Assembly: GCA_964016885.1 (NCBI GenBank)
Contig: OZ024752.1
Span: forward strand, 9,610,001-9,674,000
Reading direction: 5' to 3'
Length of the DNA: 64,000 bases
Source: Eledone cirrhosa
Taxonomy: Eukaryota
Shown here: positions 58,773 to 64,000 of the stretch, piece by piece
Layout of the letters: each line of letters begins with the position of its first letter
Position numbering within the stretch: position 1 is the stretch's first letter
Notes under the pieces: model-generated
Seen by the model: only the letters and a program-made list of their open reading frames with translations
Told to the model about the DNA's origin: nothing
Databases searched by the model: none
Program-made: the position numbers and the translations under genes

Positions 58773-60282
58773 ATATAAATTTAAATTTAAAATGTAGTAT
58801 ACTTAGTTTGATTTATATTTATACGGGAACTAGCCGATAAAATTTTTTGATTCCTAAATCTTTGATTCCCTATTTTTACTCTTTTTATTGTTTATTTTTA
58901 TTTTATTTTTATCTAAACATTCCTCATGGAAAATTAAGCTACACTAAAAGCTGATGCTCCAAATTTTTTGAATTAACCTTACACTAAATAAACTTCTATA
59001 TTAAATATAAGAACATATGTAAACCTAATTGGACATCATAATCTTTTTGAAATGTTCTTTGCTAGATGTGATTTGATAGATAATTTTTGGCTTTGTCTTG
59101 TAATGAATTTGGCAATATATCGTCAATTAACTTTGAAGGGTTGTTCTTTGTGGTTTATTTTTTATTTTTTATTTTTATTTTTATTTTTATTTTTATTTAT
59201 TTTTTAGTATTGTAGTATTCTATAATATTTTTATTTATTTTTATTTTTATTTTATTTTTAATATCTTTAAAATTATTTTTTAATATCTTTAAAATTATCT
59301 TTAATATTATTTTTAATATCTTTAATATGTAAATTTTTAATACGTAATATTTTTAATATGTAATATTGTTATTATGTAATATTCTTTCGTAATATTTTTT
59401 CTATTCTATATTTTTACTTATTATTATTATTGTTATCTTTTTATTTTTAGTTTTGTTTATAATACAATATATATTTTTATTAGTATATTGAAATCTGCTC
59501 TCTATTTCTGCTTGATAGATAATCTTGTAGAATAATGACAGGAATAATAATACGCTCAAATGTTTACACCACATTGAGAATGTTTTTCCGGTGACCTAGA
59601 GTTTGCAGAGTGAATCAGTTGGATTCGCATGGATGTTTGTAGCTGTCACATAAACATATGAATTTTTTAAAACTAAACATAAGATAATTAATTTTCACAC
59701 ATTATTGATACTTGTTTCATTCAGGAATACTGATATTTACAATATAGTGTAAGTTTTATAAATACTAATACATTAAACATAGGTTTTTTTACGCCTCGAA
59801 TATGTCTGGCTATTTTTGAATTTTTTCTCTCGCTATTTTTTTCCTCTCTCTATATTTTTTTCTCTCTCTATATATATCTCCCTTACATTAATACTTGAGC
59901 TAAATAAATAAATAAATAAATAAATGTATCATTGATACACTTACTCAAAATGACCTCCCACTACCTAACTTTCTATATATATATATGTATCTATCTCTAT
60001 TTCCTCTCTCTCTATATATATATATATCTTTCTGTTTCTTTACATGAAGCTCTTCGCTTTATCTATCTTTCCATCTCTCTATTTTGTTCCATGCATTTCT
60101 TCTTCTTCTTCTTTTTCTTTTTCTTCTTTTTCTTCCTTTTCTTCGTTTTGTCTTTCTTTCTTTTTTTTTCCCTTTCTTTCTCTCTGTATAAAATTTTCAC
60201 TGCTAGCGTACACCTCTTCAAATGAAGTCGATGTTTATTACGGTATGTCGAATCTATTTATCTATAAAACTGTTTATATTGT

Positions 60283-60346
60283 ATTTTGTCTGATGAAGGC
60301 ATAGCATATTGTTAATATGATATCCCCGAAATATATATAATGAAAT
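60283..60346 (+). ncRNA. PLE pseudo-LTR hammerhead
   Basis: ATTTTGT CTGATGA a ggcatagcatatt gtt aatatgatatcc cc GAAA TATATA TA ATGAAAT. Confidence 0.7.
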
Positions 60347-60618
60347 AAATATGGTTTTATAAATATAGTTTTCCATTTATTTAATATTGTTAATATTGTA
60401 ATATTGTATATATGTATATATATATATATATGTATATATATATGTATATAGAATGATTAAGTATCGAGAGTGAAGTAAATGGAAAGATGGGCGATACATA
60501 TATTTAGTTGCCAATAGTTTATGCATGTGTGCTCAATACTCGTGCCTACAGGGTTAAATATTAGAGGCGTCAATATTTAGTGGGCGAGAAAAAATAAGCA
60601 GAGCGGTTATAAAGGAAA

Positions 60619-61501
60619 TGAATACAAAGAGTTTAAAACCGTTAAAACATGTTTATATAATAGTGCCTCTACGTACGTTTCGCCCTCTGTGCATGTGTTT
60701 TTATTATCACAGAGCAGGGGAAGTAACTCTGGCCGGTGTTCAAACAATCAGTCCCATGTGGATTTTTATACCTGTTCATATGCTGGTGTTTAGCATCTTT
60801 ATATTATGTGTGTTGTTTCACTAGTGCCAGTACATGTCGGGTCTGGGGTGTCCATTTATTATTTAGTGGATGTTGCTTCCCTAATGTTTGTTCGAGTATG
60901 GTCTGCGGTGTACATTTGGTTCATAGATGTTTGTTGATACTGCCTGCCCACCGGGGTGTTATGGTTCAGGCATGGGGACAATTTCAAGAACAAAAAGCTA
61001 AGGCTCTCCACATCGCTTGCCAACTACGTCACCACATTGCCAACATAAGCTTCTCCACAGACTGGGATATTGTCGGTAGGGCTGCACCCTACAACTTCAG
61101 TGGGAAATCCCACATCTGCCTCATGTAGCTGTACTACATCATAAGACCATCCCACGAGCTCATAAACAGCCGAGCAGAATCAGTTATTAATTGTAAACAC
61201 CGGGTACAGGCGTCGTATTTTGCCTGGGAGGCGACTGTGACATGAAAACTACGAACTGGGTCCCCATGCCGGAACCATGTTTGAACACCGGCCAGAGTTA
61301 CTCCCCCTGCTCTGTGATAATAAAAACACATGCACAGATTGAAAAATGAACGATGATGTTAATTTAACCGTGAATTCCCTCCTGGGTCCTATATTGATCA
61401 TTATTTTGCTTTCGATGCCCTTGATAAACCCGCTTAGGGCGAAACGTACGTAGGCGCACTATTATATAAACATGTTTTAACGGTTTTAAACTCTTTGTAT
61501 T

Positions 61502-61503
<2 letters not shown>
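60619..61503 (+). mobile_element. Third PLE relic with inverted pseudo-LTR
   Basis: 60620-60686 inverted to 61436-61503 and 60687-60745 inverted to 61279-61337; residual WDIVGRAAPYN..HICL..LINSRAESVINCKHR. Confidence 0.75.
61416..61458 (+). ncRNA. PLE hammerhead, U3-A8 core variant
   Basis: TGCCC TTGATAA a CCC gctta GGG c GAAAC GTAC GTA GGCGCA. Confidence 0.65.
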
Positions 61504-61550
<47 letters not shown>

Positions 61551-62479
61551 GTACGTGTGTGCGTGTGCGTGCGTGCGTGCGTGCGTGCGTGCGTGTGTGC
61601 GTGCGTGCGTGTGTGTACGTATGCATTTAAAAGGTAAACAGAAATAACACGATCGGTGCAGTATATGGAAGGAATATATTAGGTTAACACTTGAAATATC
61701 AGGAAGAGGGTCTTAAATTTCGGACGCTAGTCCTTCATCAGAAGAAAGAATGAGAAATAAAATAGATTGAAGGGACAGGGGGGGTGGAATTGGAAAACAT
61801 GTCTTTAGATAAAAATAACAGGTCCATCCATGTTACCATATCTTGTATGTATATATATATATTTATATATCCAGGGAGTGTTACTTGGAGTTACTGTAGG
61901 TTCACCCGGGTGAGCACTCGATGTTTAGGTTTACTTCAGTGTGAAGGTGTAGAGCTAGACAGAGGGTAGTATAGTGAAATATGATAACAAGGACGATTGG
62001 TTACTCCTTCATTACGTTTATTGGTTGGTGACGCGCGTTTCGCCACTGATCAGCTCAAGGTTCGATCTGTATCAATCTGACCCGACTCTGTAATGTCAAG
62101 TTAATGTTGATTCTCCAAATTGAGCACAGGATATGCAGCGGCTAGTATGTACTTGGTGTTGGTCCTAAGCAGAGTTTAATAGAGATAATAAGTAGGTACT
62201 AAGTCTTTAGAATATAAATTCAAAATGGAGCATACAGGACAAAGACACTGGAAAAAAATCAACTGAAAGTCCCATTTCCTCAGTCAACCTCTGGAAATCA
62301 CTAAGGTTTCGGTGAAGTAATGTCGATAATCTTTGTTCCAGTTCACATTGGAACACAACGAAACAGACAAGTTATATACACATACACACGTCCACACACA
62401 CACATACACACACACATATAGCTCGACATGACTCTCTCACTCTCTCTCTCACACACACAAATTCACAAATCAATCTCTT

Positions 62480-63170
<691 letters not shown>

Positions 63171-64000
63171 GTGGGAGATAAAAGAGAATAAGATAGAATG
63201 AGAAGGAGGGAAAAAGAATTACTTCCTTTTAGATTCCACCAAACTGTATCGGATGAATCCAGTTGACATATAGTAGAAAATGACGAAAAACCTAATAAAT
63301 AGCTGACATAAATTAAAAGATAATTATCAGAGCAGACATTGTGACATGAAAGGTAGATGTAGAATGGATTGTGGGAATAGAGTCTAATGGCAGGATAACA
63401 GTTGGTTCTGGAGAGTGGTTAAGATGGGAAAACAAAACACATACGGGAGTGTGCTAACTGTTGAGTGACGAGTGGTAAGTTGTGATACGAGCTAGACAAA
63501 AGTGATTAGATGGAATTATACATTTAGAATGCTAAATATCTCAGATGCTTTCAGTAATAAATATTTAACTGTCCACAGAGACAAGGTATATAAATAGCGA
63601 TGACTTTGGACTTAAAATAGTCTGGACGTTTTCTTAGTTTCTATTCACAAACATACTGTTTATAGAATTACGATTTTTAGGTCTGTCTATCTAAATTATA
63701 ATAAAGTAAGGAATGCGGGACTGCGTACTGTTTATAATTGTTTATCCCATTAGTAAAATACGTTGGATTACTTTGAATAAATAATGAATGAATATTACAT
63801 AATTTATCTACTAAATTTCGTAGCTGTTGAGTAAATCTATTTTATTGTTTATTTAAAAATTCACTTCTTTAAAATTTTCAAATGTCAACACTTCCGGTTA
63901 ACGATCGCTTAAATAAACATTCATATATTTCCGTCACTAATTTTCTCCTAATGCAGTTTATATATAATATCGTCTTTCTTTAATGGATTACGTTACTGAT

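Larger units (their letters stand above)
58032..60410 (+). mobile_element. Second 5'-truncated Penelope-like element, TA-flanked
   Basis: GIY-YIG ORF end, long T-rich 3' region, HHR near the 3' end. Confidence 0.85.

Overview
AT-rich, repeat-saturated animal DNA, intergenic or intronic; no host protein-coding exon could be supported. It is most likely cephalopod (Octopus-like), inferred from the tRNA-derived SINEs and the very long (TA)n tracts. Ordinary content: about 25 copies of one tRNA-SINE, a second SINE family, RTE-, Tx1- and CRE-like LINE relics, Helitron derivatives, mariner MITEs and microsatellites. The striking signal is a dense set of type I hammerhead ribozyme (HHR) motifs from at least 10 distinct sequence families. 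They sit in short, often inverted or palindromic inserts within (TA)n tracts, next to three Penelope-like (PLE, GIY-YIG) relics that carry HHRs in their pseudo-LTRs. The set includes a non-coding ~426-429 bp tandem retrozyme-like monomer, compensatory stem changes between copies, and recurrent core variants (U3-A8, U4C, U4A). All HHR calls come from manual folding and none has been tested for cleavage.
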